DNA of 64,000 bases from Acidimicrobiales bacterium (GCA_016794585.1 JAEUJM010000026.1:1444-65443); one strand, 5' to 3'; positions 25,904 to 35,307 are shown, counted from the first letter of the stretch. The notes: generated from the letters alone by a model not told the origin. A program made the numbers and translations.

Positions 25904-27261
25904 GACGGGTCGTACCGCCGGAGCGGGGTGGAGGCGGCGATCTGGGCCCGGATGTCGTCGAGGCCCGCGGGCAGGGCGCCGGCGGCGCGGGCCTGGACGA
26001 CGACGTTGCCGAGGGCGGTGGCCTCGACGGGGCCCGCGATCACCGGGCGGCCGGTGGCCTCCGCGGTGAGTCGGCAGAGCAGCTCGTTCTGAGCGCCGCC
26101 GCCGACGACGTGGACGACGTCGATCTCGCGCCCGGCGATGCGGACGGCGTCCTCGAGGGTGCGGGCGTAGCCGTCGGCCAGCGAGTCGAGGATGCAGCGG
26201 ACGGTCTGCGGCGGGTCGAGGTCGGCGCCGCCCACGGCGGTGGCGATGCGCTCCGGCATGCCGCCCGGGGGGATGAAGGCGGGGTCGTCGACGTCGATGC
26301 GGGGCCCGCCGGCGGGGAGGGCGGCGGCGGCGGCCAGCAGCGCGTCGAGGTCGTCGCGGGGCCACTCCCGGAGGCACTCCTGGAGCAGCCAGAGCCCACC
26401 CACGTTGCGCAGGAACCGCGTGCGCCCGTCCACCCCGGCCTCGTTCGTGAAGTTGGCCGCCCGGGCCGCCTCGGTGAGCACCGGCTGGTCGAGCTCGAGG
26501 CCGACGAGCGACCACGTGCCGCTGGCGATGTACGCGAAGCGGTCGGTGGTGGCTGGCACGCCGACGACCGCGGAGGCGGTGTCGTGCGAGCCGACGGTGA
26601 CCACCGGCGTGCCGTCCGCCGTCGTGCCCCGCCGCGCCCCGGGTGGCTGCAGCGGGGGGAGCAGCGAGGCCGGGACCCCCATCCGGTCCAGGAGCTCGGC
26701 CGACCAGTCGCGAGCGCGGGCGTGGAGCAGCCCGGTGGTCGAGGCGTTCGTGACCTCGGTGCCGAGGTCGCCGGTCAGCCAGTAGGCGAGCAGGTCGGGG
26801 ATCAGGAGCAGGTGGGCGGCCCGACCCCAGAGGGGTCCGCGCTGCTCGGCGGCAAGCTGGTAGATCGTGTTGAAGGGCAGGAACTGGAGTCCGTTGACGG
26901 CGAAGAGCTCGTCGGGCGGGATGCGGCGGTGGACGTCGTCGATGACGTCGGCGGTGCGGTCGTCCCGGTAGGCGACCGGGTCGGCGAGGAGCTCGCCGTC
27001 GGCGTCGAGCAGCCCGTAGTCGACCGCCCAGGTGTCGATGCCGATCGACGCCGCCTCGGGGACCAGGGCGAGCCCGGCCTGCACCTCGGCGTGGAGGCGG
27101 CGGATGTCCCAACGCAGGTGCCCGTCCCGCTCGACCACCCCGTTGGGGAAGCGGTGCCGCGCCTCCAGCTCGATCCGACCGTCCTCGTGCACGGTCCCGG
27201 CCATGACCCGTCCGCCCGACGCCCCGAGGTCGACCGCGGCGAGGACGCAGATCTCGCTCAC
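25900..27261 (-). CDS. rhaB: rhamnulokinase (FGGY family)
   Basis: Start at GTG 27261 (VSEICVLAAVDLGASGGRV). FGGY motifs and rhamnose-gene context. Confidence 0.85.
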   Translation of the reverse strand: MSEICVLAAVDLGASGGRVMAGTVHEDGRIELEARHRFPNGVVERDGHLRWDIRRLHAEVQAGLALVPEAASIGIDTWAVDYGLLDADGELLADPVAYRDDRTADVIDDVHRRIPPDELFAVNGLQFLPFNTIYQLAAEQRGPLWGRAAHLLLIPDLLAYWLTGDLGTEVTNASTTGLLHARARDWSAELLDRMGVPASLLPPLQPPGARRGTTADGTPVVTVGSHDTASAVVGVPATTDRFAYIASGTWSLVGLELDQPVLTEAARAANFTNEAGVDGRTRFLRNVGGLWLLQECLREWPRDDLDALLAAAAALPAGGPRIDVDDPAFIPPGGMPERIATAVGGADLDPPQTVRCILDSLADGYARTLEDAVRIAGREIDVVHVVGGGAQNELLCRLTAEATGRPVIAGPVEATALGNVVVQARAAGALPAGLDDIRAQIAASTPLRRYDPS

Positions 27262-27508
27262 GCCGGGACCAGTGCGGGGGCGCGAAGAACAGACAAAGGC
27301 GCTTTCGAGGGAGCGCAGCACGCAGCCGGTCGACCTCGACCCCCGTGGCCACGTTCCGTGACCGAAGGCCGCCGCGACAGGGCCGGGCGACCACCGCCGA
27401 CCTGTTCTTTGACGGGTTGACCGCGCCATGCGCCGGCGCCGTCAAGTGGACAAAGAACGAGAGTGCGGCCCGATGGGTGACCACCGTGCGTGGTGAAGGG
27501 GCGAACCC

Positions 27509-27790
27509 GGCCGCCGATCGGTTCAACGACCCCTTGAAGAGCAGCTGTTCGGCCCGCAACCGAGCGCGCGGGGTTGCCGCCGACCGGCGCCGGGTGCGCC
27601 TGGCTGTCGTCGGTCGGGGCCGAGGGCGCAGGGCTGCCGCCGACTGGCGCCACGTCGCCTTCGAAAGCAGCTCTTCCGCTTGGCCGCAAGCGGGCCGAGC
27701 TGCCGCCGACCGGCGCCACGACCCCTTCAAGAGCCGCTCCTCCGCCCAGCACCGAGCGAATCGAGCCGCCGCCGACGAACCTCGGCCGCG
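27509..27790. repeat. tandem repeat array, about 4.5 units of 66/60/66/66 bp, inside the 625-bp rhaEW-rhaB spacer
   Basis: The anchor GCCGCCGA(C/T) recurs at 27510, 27576, 27636, 27702 and 27768. Units share CTGCCGCCGACYGGCGCCACG...CCTTCRAARAGCNGCTCYTCCGC. More degenerate units extend toward 27280. Confidence 0.85.
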
Positions 27791-27886
27791 GGAGCCCCCG
27801 ATCCGGGACCACGGTGACGGCGTGGACGGCGTCAGCGTTTCGCCGGAAGCAGGACCCGGGCGCCATCGTGACCGCCGGCACGATCG

Positions 27887-29914
27887 TCAGCGGAGGAAGG
27901 CGGCGGCGACGCCGGCGTCGACCGGAATCAGCAGGCCGGTGGTGTGGCTGAACTCGTCGGAGCAGATCGCCGTGACGGCGCTGGCCACGTGCTCGGGCAG
28001 CACCTCGCGCTTGAGGATCGTGCGCTGGGCGTAGAAGGCGCCGAGCTCGTCCTCGGGCACCCCGTAGACCGCAGCCCGCTGGGCCCCCCAGCCGCTGGCG
28101 AAGATGCCGCTGCCCTGCACCACGCCGTCGGGGTTGATGCCGTTGACCCGGATGCCGTGCTCGCCCAGCTCGGCGGCGAGGAGGCGCACCTGGTGGGCCT
28201 GGTCCGCCTTGGTGGCGCTGTAGGCGATGTTGTTCGGGCCGGCGAAGATCGCGTTCTTGGAGGCGATGTAGACGATGTCGCCGCCGAGTCCCTGGTCGAC
28301 CATCGCCCGGGCGGCGGCCTGCGCCACCAGGAAGCTGCCCTTGGCCATCACGTCGTGCTGGCGGTCCCAGTCGGCCTCGGTGGTCTCGAGCAGCGGCTTG
28401 GAGACGGACAGGCCGGCGTTGTTGACCACCAGGTCGACACCACCGAAGGCCAGGACGGTGGCGTCGACCGCCGCCCGCACGGCGTCGGCGTCGGTCACGT
28501 CCACGGCGACCCCGACGGCCACGTCGGTCGAGCCGAGCTCGGCGGCCACCGCCGCGGCCTGGTCGGCGTCGAGGTCGGCGATGACGACGCACGCACCGTC
28601 GGCGGCGAGGCGGGCGGCGATGGCCCGGCCGATGCCGCTGGCCGCACCGGTGACGAGCGCGATCCGGCCGGCGTGGCGCTTCGGCTTCGGCAGGCGCCGG
28701 AGCTTGGCCTCCTCGAGGGCCCAGTACTCGATGCGGAACTTCTCGGCCTCGCTGATCGGGGTGTAGGTGGATACCGACTCGGCGCCCCGCATCACGTTGA
28801 TGGCGTTGACGTAGAACTCGCCGGCGACGCGGGCGGTCTGCTTGTTGGCGCCGTACGAGAACATGCCGACGCCCGGCACCAGGATGATCGAGGGGTCCGC
28901 GCCCCGCATCGCCGGCGAGTCGGGGGCGGCGTGGTGCTCGTAGTAGGCGGTGTACTCCGCCCGGTACCGCTCGTGGAGGGCGACGAGCTCGTCCTCGGTG
29001 CTGCCGGCGGGGACCACGAGCGGCTTGATCTTCGTGCGCAGGAAGTGGTCGGGGCAGGAGGTGCCGAGGGCGACCAGCCCGTCGAGCTTCTCGCGTGACA
29101 GGAAGTCGAGGACCACGTCGGTGTCGGTGAAGTGCCCGACCACCCGCTGGTCGCGCGAGGCGATCGCGCGGAGGCGCGGCGCCAGCCGGGCCGCCTCGGC
29201 CCGGCGGTGCTCGGGCGACCGCGGAGCGCGCACGGTCACGACGGGCCCGAACGGCTCGGCGTCGCCGTGCGCGTCGAGGTGGGCCTGGGCGGTGTCGATG
29301 ATCCACCGGCTGTTGGCCTCGGCCTCGTCGCTGGTCGCCCCCCAGGCGGTGATGCCGTGCCCGCCGAGGATCACGCCGATCGCCTCCGGGTGGGCGTCGT
29401 GCACGGCGGCGATGTCGAGCCCGAGCTGGAAGCCCGGCCGGCGCCACGGCACCCACACGACCCGGTCGCCGTAGATCTCCTTGGTGAGCTGCTCCCCGTC
29501 GGCCGCCGTGGCGATGGCGATGCCGGCGTCGGGGTGCAGGTGGTCGACATGGGCGGCGGTGACCAGCCCATGCATGGCCGTGTCGATGGACGGCGCCGCG
29601 CCGCCCTTGCCGTGGCAGCAGAAGTCGAACGCCGCCACCATCTCGTCCTCGTGCTCCTCACCCCGGTACACGTCGACGAGGGCGCGCATGCGGTCGAGGC
29701 GCAGGACCGCGAGGCCGTCCTCGGTGAGGGTGCCGAGGTCGCCGCCGGAGCCCTTCACCCAGAGCAACTCGACGTCGGCGCCCGTGGCGGGGTCGCGGTC
29801 GACGCCCTTGGCCGAGGTGTTGCCGCCGGCGTAGTTGGTCGTGGTCGGGTCGGCGCCGAGCCGGTTCGACCGGGCGAGGAGCGCCTCGACCTGGGGGTGC
29901 GCCACGGTGCTCAC
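27887..29914 (-). CDS. rhaEW: bifunctional rhamnulose-1-phosphate aldolase / short-chain dehydrogenase (lactaldehyde dehydrogenase)
   Basis: Start at GTG 29914 (VSTVAHPQVEALL), overlapping the rhaI stop (GTGA). N-terminal class-II aldolase-like half plus C-terminal SDR 'ALVTGAASGIGRA'. Confidence 0.85.
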   Translation of the reverse strand: MSTVAHPQVEALLARSNRLGADPTTTNYAGGNTSAKGVDRDPATGADVELLWVKGSGGDLGTLTEDGLAVLRLDRMRALVDVYRGEEHEDEMVAAFDFCCHGKGGAAPSIDTAMHGLVTAAHVDHLHPDAGIAIATAADGEQLTKEIYGDRVVWVPWRRPGFQLGLDIAAVHDAHPEAIGVILGGHGITAWGATSDEAEANSRWIIDTAQAHLDAHGDAEPFGPVVTVRAPRSPEHRRAEAARLAPRLRAIASRDQRVVGHFTDTDVVLDFLSREKLDGLVALGTSCPDHFLRTKIKPLVVPAGSTEDELVALHERYRAEYTAYYEHHAAPDSPAMRGADPSIILVPGVGMFSYGANKQTARVAGEFYVNAINVMRGAESVSTYTPISEAEKFRIEYWALEEAKLRRLPKPKRHAGRIALVTGAASGIGRAIAARLAADGACVVIADLDADQAAAVAAELGSTDVAVGVAVDVTDADAVRAAVDATVLAFGGVDLVVNNAGLSVSKPLLETTEADWDRQHDVMAKGSFLVAQAAARAMVDQGLGGDIVYIASKNAIFAGPNNIAYSATKADQAHQVRLLAAELGEHGIRVNGINPDGVVQGSGIFASGWGAQRAAVYGVPEDELGAFYAQRTILKREVLPEHVASAVTAICSDEFSHTTGLLIPVDAGVAAAFLR

Positions 29915-31077
29915 GCCCCCCAGCCGGCCTGGGCGCCGCCGACCCGCTCGGCCGCGATCCGCTCGGCGTACCCCGAGGCCGCGTAGGCGGCCATCGGGTC
30001 GGCGGGCAGCCCCCGACCGGAGCGCCACTCGGCGAGGTCGCCGCGCACGTCGGTGTAGAACGCGTCCATCAGGACCTCGTTCCCCGCCAGCACGTCGCCG
30101 GCCGACTCCGCGTCGGCGAGTGCCGACCGGTCCACGAGCAGGGCCCGGGCGGTCATCTCCTGGACGTTCAGCACGGAGCGGATCTGGCCCGGGATCTTGG
30201 CCTCGATGTTGTGGCACTGGTCGAGCATGAAGCTCACCTCGCTGTCCACGTCGTAGCCGCCGCCGCGCACCACCTCGAACAGGATGCGGAAGAGCTGGAA
30301 GGGGTCGGCGGCCCCGACGATCAGGTCGTCATCGGCGTAGAAGCGGGAGTTGAAGTCGAACGCCCCCAGCCGACCGAGGCGCAGCAGCTGCATCACGATG
30401 AACTCGATGTTCGTGCTGGGTGCGTGGTGACCGGTGTCCAGGCACACCACCGCCCGCTCGCCCAGGGCCAGGCACTGCACGTAGGCGGTGCCCCAGTCGG
30501 GCACGTCGGTGGCGTAGAAGGCGGGCTCGAAGAGCTTGTACTCGAGGACGAGGCGCTGGTCGTCCCCGAGGCGCTCGTAGACCCGGGCCAGCGAGTCGGC
30601 CAGGCGGTCCTGGCGGTCCCGCAGGTCGCCCTGGCCCGGGTAGTTCAGCCCGTCCGGCAGCCAGACCTTCAGGTCGCGCGAGCCGGTCACGTCCATGATG
30701 TCCACGCACTCGAGGCAGTGGGCGAGGGCCTTGGCCCGCACCCTCTCGTCGGCGTGGCAGAGCGACCCGAGCTTGTAGTCGTCGTCCTGGAACGTGTTCG
30801 TGTTGATGGTGCCGAGGCGCACGCCGCGGTCGGCGGCGTGCCGGGCCAGGTCGTCGTAGTCGTCCACGCGGTCCCACGGGATGTGCAGCGCGACCGACGG
30901 GGCCAGGCCGGTGTGGCGGTGGACCTCAGCGGCGTCGGCGACCTTCTCGTACGGGTCGCGGGGCACCCCCGCCTGGGCGAACACCTTGAACCGGGTGCCT
31001 GAGTTCCCGAAGGCCCACGACGGCAGCTCGATGGCCTGATGCTCCAGGTCGGCGCTGATGTCTGCGAAGGTGGCCAT
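29911..31077 (-). CDS. rhaI: L-rhamnose isomerase (TIM-barrel, Streptomyces/P. stutzeri type)
   Basis: Start at ATG 31077 after GGGAGGG. 'ELPSWAFGNSGTRFKVF' is present. Confidence 0.85.
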   Translation of the reverse strand: MATFADISADLEHQAIELPSWAFGNSGTRFKVFAQAGVPRDPYEKVADAAEVHRHTGLAPSVALHIPWDRVDDYDDLARHAADRGVRLGTINTNTFQDDDYKLGSLCHADERVRAKALAHCLECVDIMDVTGSRDLKVWLPDGLNYPGQGDLRDRQDRLADSLARVYERLGDDQRLVLEYKLFEPAFYATDVPDWGTAYVQCLALGERAVVCLDTGHHAPSTNIEFIVMQLLRLGRLGAFDFNSRFYADDDLIVGAADPFQLFRILFEVVRGGGYDVDSEVSFMLDQCHNIEAKIPGQIRSVLNVQEMTARALLVDRSALADAESAGDVLAGNEVLMDAFYTDVRGDLAEWRSGRGLPADPMAAYAASGYAERIAAERVGGAQAGWGA

Positions 31078-31111
31078 GTCCCTCCCGAGGTCCTCGACGA
31101 GGCTTGCCCCG

Positions 31112-31147
31112 TGTTCTATCTTTGGAATACTCACATGATCGAACAGA
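31112..31147. promoter_or_regulatory. inverted repeat TGTTCTATC-N16-GATCGAACA (+GA) in the rhaI/deoR divergent region
   Basis: 8/9 complementary arms. The right arm is part of the 12-mer TGATCGAACAGA, also found at 15062..15073. Confidence 0.5.
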
Positions 31148-31178
31148 GCCGGTCAAGGGATGCTCGAAGGGAGGCCCG

Positions 31179-31940
31179 ATGGCGACGGTGAGTGGCACGT
31201 TGGCGGCGGAGGACCGACTCGCATGGATCGCCGACCGGCTCACCGCCGACGGGGCGGTCACCATCACGGCCGCAGCTGAGGCGCTCGGCGTGAGTGAGAT
31301 GACGATCCGGCGGGACCTCGAGGAGCTCGAGGAGCGCGGCACCGCCCGCCGCGTCCGGGGCGGCGCTCGAGCCCTGGGGCCCGAGCCCTTCGCCGAGCGC
31401 ACGCAGACCAACGCCAAGGCCAAGGGCAGGATCGCCGCGAAGCTCGCCCCACTGGTGCCCACCCGGGGCGCCGTCGCCTTCGACGCGTCGTCCACCGTGA
31501 TGCGCCTCGCCGCCCTGCTGGGTGACGCGCGGGACCTCACCGTCCTCACGAACGGGCTCGACACCTTCGGCGCGCTCAACGGCCTCCCGGGGGTCGAGCC
31601 CCTGCTCACCGGCGGCCGCCTCGAGCCGCGGACCGGCAGCCTCGTCGGCCCGCTCGCGTTCCGGACCGCCTCGCAGATGTCGGTCCAGGCGTTCTTCGCC
31701 TCCGCCGCCGCCGTCTCTCCGGACCGCGGCGCGCTCGAGTCGACGCTCGAAGAGGCCGAGGTCAAGCGGGCGATCGCGGCCGGCGCCGAGCGGGTGATCG
31801 TCGCCGTCGACGCCAGCAAGCTGGGGCGTCAGGCAGTGGCCGTGGGGCTGCAGTGGGAGCAGATCGACGTGCTCGTCACCGACCTCGATCCCGACGACGA
31901 CCGGCTGGCGCCCTATCGGGAGCTGGCCGAGCTCCTCTGA
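31179..31940 (+). CDS. DeoR family transcriptional regulator (candidate rhamnose regulator)
   Basis: Start at ATG 31179 after GGGAGG. HTH 'ITAAAEALGVSEMTIRRDLEELE' plus a DeoR C-terminal sensor domain. Divergent from rhaI. Confidence 0.85.
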   Translation: MATVSGTLAAEDRLAWIADRLTADGAVTITAAAEALGVSEMTIRRDLEELEERGTARRVRGGARALGPEPFAERTQTNAKAKGRIAAKLAPLVPTRGAVAFDASSTVMRLAALLGDARDLTVLTNGLDTFGALNGLPGVEPLLTGGRLEPRTGSLVGPLAFRTASQMSVQAFFASAAAVSPDRGALESTLEEAEVKRAIAAGAERVIVAVDASKLGRQAVAVGLQWEQIDVLVTDLDPDDDRLAPYRELAELL

Positions 31941-33724
31941 CCCGGCGCCGCGGCGACGAGGCCGTGGGGGGTCTTCTCCCAGAGGTCGGGCTTGGCCACG
32001 AGGTGCCAGATGGCCCGCCACGAGGCGTACGAGTGCAGCAGCCAGTACAGGGGCAGGAGCAGGGCGTACACGGCGAGGCCCCGCTGGCGCTGGCGACCGG
32101 CGATGGCGTGCACCGCGATCATCGAGCCGAACCCGAGCGCGAAGGCCACCAGGTTGAGCGTCTGGAGCGTCGGCGGGATGTGCAGCCAGCTCACGCTGCC
32201 GCCGAGGAACGTGAACAGCCAGAAGGCCCAGACGACCGAGCTGGCCAGGTAGAGCGCCGGCGTGCCGAGGACCAGCAGGAGGAGGCACAGGGTGCCCCGC
32301 AGGCCCGTGGCCCGGGTGAAGCGGACCGGGTGGCGTGAATGCACGAGGTAGGTGACCATGTAGCCCTTGATCCACCGGGTGCGCTGGCGGATCCACGGCC
32401 CCGTCCTGCTGCACGCCTCCTCCATGGTGGTGGAGGGGTTGGCCGCCACCTTGTAGCCGAGGGCGGTCGCCCGCAGCCCGAGGTCGGCGTCCTCGGTGAC
32501 GTTGTGCGGGTCCCAGCCGCCGAGCTCGCGGAGGACCTCGGTGCGGAAGTGGTTGGACGATCCGCCGAGGGGGATCGGGAGGTGCAGCCGGTCGAGGCCC
32601 CGCAGCATGTAGGTGAACCAGAACGAGTACTCCAGGGTGAACATCCGGGTCAGGAGGTTCTCCTCGGCGTTGTGGTAGTTGAGCCGGCACTGGATGCAGG
32701 CGACCTCGTCGCCGCTCGCCCGGAACTGGGCGACGACGTCCCGGAGCTGTTGGAGGTGGGGGACGTCCTCGGCGTCGTAGATGGCCAGGAACTCGCCGCG
32801 GGCGAAGTCGAGGCCCACGTTGCAGGCCTTGGGCTTGGTCCGGGGCGAGCTGGTGGGGACCAGGATCATGTGCACACCGTCGGGCGCCGCCGTGGCCCGG
32901 AAGGCGTCGATCGTGTCCTGGTCGTCCTCTTCGAGCAGGAGCAGGATCTGGAGCTTCTCGGTGGGGTAGTCGATGCCGCCCAGGTTGTCGATGAGCTGCT
33001 GGGTGATTCCCGCCTCGCGGTAGGCGGGGACGAGCAGGGTGTAGAGGGGGAGATCCTCGTCGGGGATCCGGGGGGCGGTCGGCGTCTCGTCGCCTCGGCG
33101 GTGGCGGGGAGCACACAGGGCGACCACCACCTTGAACATGGCCGCGGCGAGGAAGACGAGGTTGGTCGCGGTCAGGGCCACGATGGCCGTCCCGTTGGGC
33201 CACAGGAGCAGGGCGCCGAGGGTCACGACCACGATGAGCCCGATGCCGATGAGCTGGCGGGAGCGCCAGGGGTGGGCGGCCGAGAGCTCGCCCTGGTGCT
33301 CGGCCAGGCCGTCGGTGGCCTCGGCCACGATCCGGGCCCGGTACTCCTCGAGGACCACGTGCTCGATGTCCCAGTCGGTGGTGATGAGGTTGGTGACCGA
33401 CGGGGCGTCGAGGCGCCGGGCGACCTCGGCCAGGCGGTCGTCGCCGAGCGGTGCAACCGACGCGATGGCGATCGCTCCTCCGGCTCCGTCCCGGTCGGCG
33501 TCGAGGCGACGCCAGGGCACCCACTGCTCGGCGACGAGCAGGTGGTGGTCGAGGCCGGCGAACAGCGTCGGCTCGGGTGGTTCGGCCAGGAGGTCGACGA
33601 GGTCGAGGCCGGCACGCTCGGCCACGCGGGCCTGTTGGTCCCGGCGGGAGCCGGGGGTGACCGCCGCGGTGGTCGGCGCGCCCACGGGGCCGCCGGCGGG
33701 GGTGCCGGCGGGGGTGCTGGTCAC
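31913..33724 (-). CDS. family-2 glycosyltransferase, processive synthase type, with N-terminal GspE-N (T2SSE_N)-like domain
   Basis: GTGA overlap with the upstream gene. 'YDAED', 'TEDADL' and 'RQRTRWIKG' (QxxRW) are present. Multiple TM helices flank the GT domain. N-terminus 'LLVAEQWVPWRR...IAIASVAPLGDDRLAEVARRL...TDWDIEHVVLEEY'. Confidence 0.8.
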   Translation of the reverse strand: MTSTPAGTPAGGPVGAPTTAAVTPGSRRDQQARVAERAGLDLVDLLAEPPEPTLFAGLDHHLLVAEQWVPWRRLDADRDGAGGAIAIASVAPLGDDRLAEVARRLDAPSVTNLITTDWDIEHVVLEEYRARIVAEATDGLAEHQGELSAAHPWRSRQLIGIGLIVVVTLGALLLWPNGTAIVALTATNLVFLAAAMFKVVVALCAPRHRRGDETPTAPRIPDEDLPLYTLLVPAYREAGITQQLIDNLGGIDYPTEKLQILLLLEEDDQDTIDAFRATAAPDGVHMILVPTSSPRTKPKACNVGLDFARGEFLAIYDAEDVPHLQQLRDVVAQFRASGDEVACIQCRLNYHNAEENLLTRMFTLEYSFWFTYMLRGLDRLHLPIPLGGSSNHFRTEVLRELGGWDPHNVTEDADLGLRATALGYKVAANPSTTMEEACSRTGPWIRQRTRWIKGYMVTYLVHSRHPVRFTRATGLRGTLCLLLLVLGTPALYLASSVVWAFWLFTFLGGSVSWLHIPPTLQTLNLVAFALGFGSMIAVHAIAGRQRQRGLAVYALLLPLYWLLHSYASWRAIWHLVAKPDLWEKTPHGLVAAAPGQRSSASSR

Positions 33725-35307
33725 GGTGCGTCCTGAGATCGGTAGATCACGACGGGCCCGAACTCGGCGGCGACGTCGAACCCGTCGAGCAGGTCCGGGT
33801 CTGCAGCGAGGGCCTGGCCGACCTGGTCGTCGGGATTGCCCTGGTCCACGAACACGTGGGTCACGCCGCCGGGGTCGCGCAGGGTCTCGTCCCAGTCGCG
33901 GCTGAACGGCGCCACCACGTCGTCGAGGCCGGCGCCGATCACCGGCAGCATCGGGTTCACCGAGTCGTCGACGAGCACCCGTCCGCCACCGAGGTCTCGC
34001 TCGAGCCACTCGGCCGCCGCCCACTGGTCGTCGCCGGCCTGGCGCTGTTCGAGGGCCTCCTCGACGACGCCGACCTCGCGCCAGCCCGGCACGACGGCGA
34101 GCGCCACGAACGGGGCCGCCGCGAGCCCGAGGGCGACCACCCGCCGCCACCAGACGGCGCCACCGACCGCGGCGAGGGCGGTGGCGGCGAGGACGGCGAG
34201 GCCCGGGAACACCGCGGCGCCGTAGCGCAGGTTGAAGATCGACTCACCGGCCGCGTCGCCGAACCGGAGCGCGACCTGGCCGGTGAAGAGGGACCACACG
34301 TAGAACACCACGGGGGTGGCGGTGAGGACCAGCACGAGGGCCAGGACCCGCCCCGGCGGCCGGGCCCGCTCGTCACGGCGCCGGGCCCGGATCGCCAGCA
34401 CCACGAGTCCGGCGAGAGCGCCCACCAGGGTGACCCAGCCGAGGGCGATCCAGGCGCTGCGGAGGAAGGTCCCGACCGAGGCGGGCAGGTCGCCCTGGTC
34501 GGGGAGCAGTCCCTGGTCGGCCAGCACCTGCTGCTGGGCCTGGGCGCTGTAGCGCCCCCGCTGGAACTCGAGCGGGTCGCCGAAGTTCACCCAGTTGAAC
34601 CACAGCCACCACAGCGCCGCGCCGAGCGGCGGCGCCGCGAAGCAAAGCGTCATCTTCCCCGCGTAGCGGCGGGAGCCCCAGCGCCGCCACGACATCACCG
34701 CGATGCAGAGCGCCCACACCAGCGCGAAGGCCCAGCCGTCGTAGCGGGCGAGCACGGCCAGTGCCGCGGGGCCACCGCAGTAGAGGGCCATCTCACCGCC
34801 GCTGTAGGGCTTCTCCCGCACCGCCCAGTGCACGAGCGCCGCCGCGGTGAGCAGAACCGCGGCGTAGAGCACGGGTTCGGCGAAGGCCGACGTGTGCAGG
34901 AAGAGGATCGTGGGGTTCGTGACGTAGAGGACGACCACGACCAGCCCGGCGAAGCGGGCGTCCCGGTTGAGGACGGTGGTGACGTGCCAGAGGGCGGCCG
35001 CCTCGACGGCGAGGCAGGCCGCGCCCACGAGGGCGCCCGCCCACCCGCTCGTCCAGAGGGCGTCGAGGGCCGAGAACGGGGCGAGCAGCAGGTGCTGGAG
35101 TGGCAGCCAGACCGTGCCGAGCTGGACCAGCCCGCGGTTGGGCCCGTCGACGAGGCGACGGGCGATGGTCAGGTGCGAGCGGGTGTCGGCGTACAGCAGC
35201 TGCAGACCCTGGTGCGAGACCCACCACGTCGCCAACAGGGCGACGGCGGCGGCGCCGACCGCGACCCGTCGGAGATCGGCCGCCGTCCGATCGTCGCTCG
35301 CGCCCAT
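33721..35307 (-). CDS. polytopic membrane protein, GT-C-like (ArnT/PMT_2-like) putative glycosyltransferase with C-terminal extracytoplasmic domain
   Basis: About 11-12 hydrophobic segments. Conserved acidic first loop 'YADTRSH'. Soluble C-terminal ~110 aa. Translationally coupled to the GT2 gene. Confidence 0.5.
   Translation of the reverse strand: MGASDDRTAADLRRVAVGAAAVALLATWWVSHQGLQLLYADTRSHLTIARRLVDGPNRGLVQLGTVWLPLQHLLLAPFSALDALWTSGWAGALVGAACLAVEAAALWHVTTVLNRDARFAGLVVVVLYVTNPTILFLHTSAFAEPVLYAAVLLTAAALVHWAVREKPYSGGEMALYCGGPAALAVLARYDGWAFALVWALCIAVMSWRRWGSRRYAGKMTLCFAAPPLGAALWWLWFNWVNFGDPLEFQRGRYSAQAQQQVLADQGLLPDQGDLPASVGTFLRSAWIALGWVTLVGALAGLVVLAIRARRRDERARPPGRVLALVLVLTATPVVFYVWSLFTGQVALRFGDAAGESIFNLRYGAAVFPGLAVLAATALAAVGGAVWWRRVVALGLAAAPFVALAVVPGWREVGVVEEALEQRQAGDDQWAAAEWLERDLGGGRVLVDDSVNPMLPVIGAGLDDVVAPFSRDWDETLRDPGGVTHVFVDQGNPDDQVGQALAADPDLLDGFDVAAEFGPVVIYRSQDAP

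Noticed and set aside
27509-27790. Tandem array in the rha spacer as a CRISPR array
   Set aside because: The segments between the conserved cores are themselves homologous between units, so the whole unit repeats rather than repeat plus unique spacer. Units are 60-66 bp with no typical 28-37-bp repeat, and no cas genes occur in the window.
27345-28034. Plus-strand ORF (229 aa, AADRR-type repeats) as a gene antisense to the rha operon
   Set aside because: It overlaps the 3' end of rhaEW in antisense, has no RBS or family motif, and is R-rich. Its somewhat higher third-position GC by my rough count is not enough. It is kept only as an alternative under the tandem-array finding.
29915-30217. 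Longest-ORF N-terminal extensions of rhaEW, rhaB (27262..27429), rhaI (31078..31134), GT2 (33725..34150), hypF (45685..46293) and others
   Set aside because: The extended parts are R/P/G-rich, overlap upstream genes, and precede the point where family homology starts. Internal starts with RBS or GTGA/ATGA coupling fit better.
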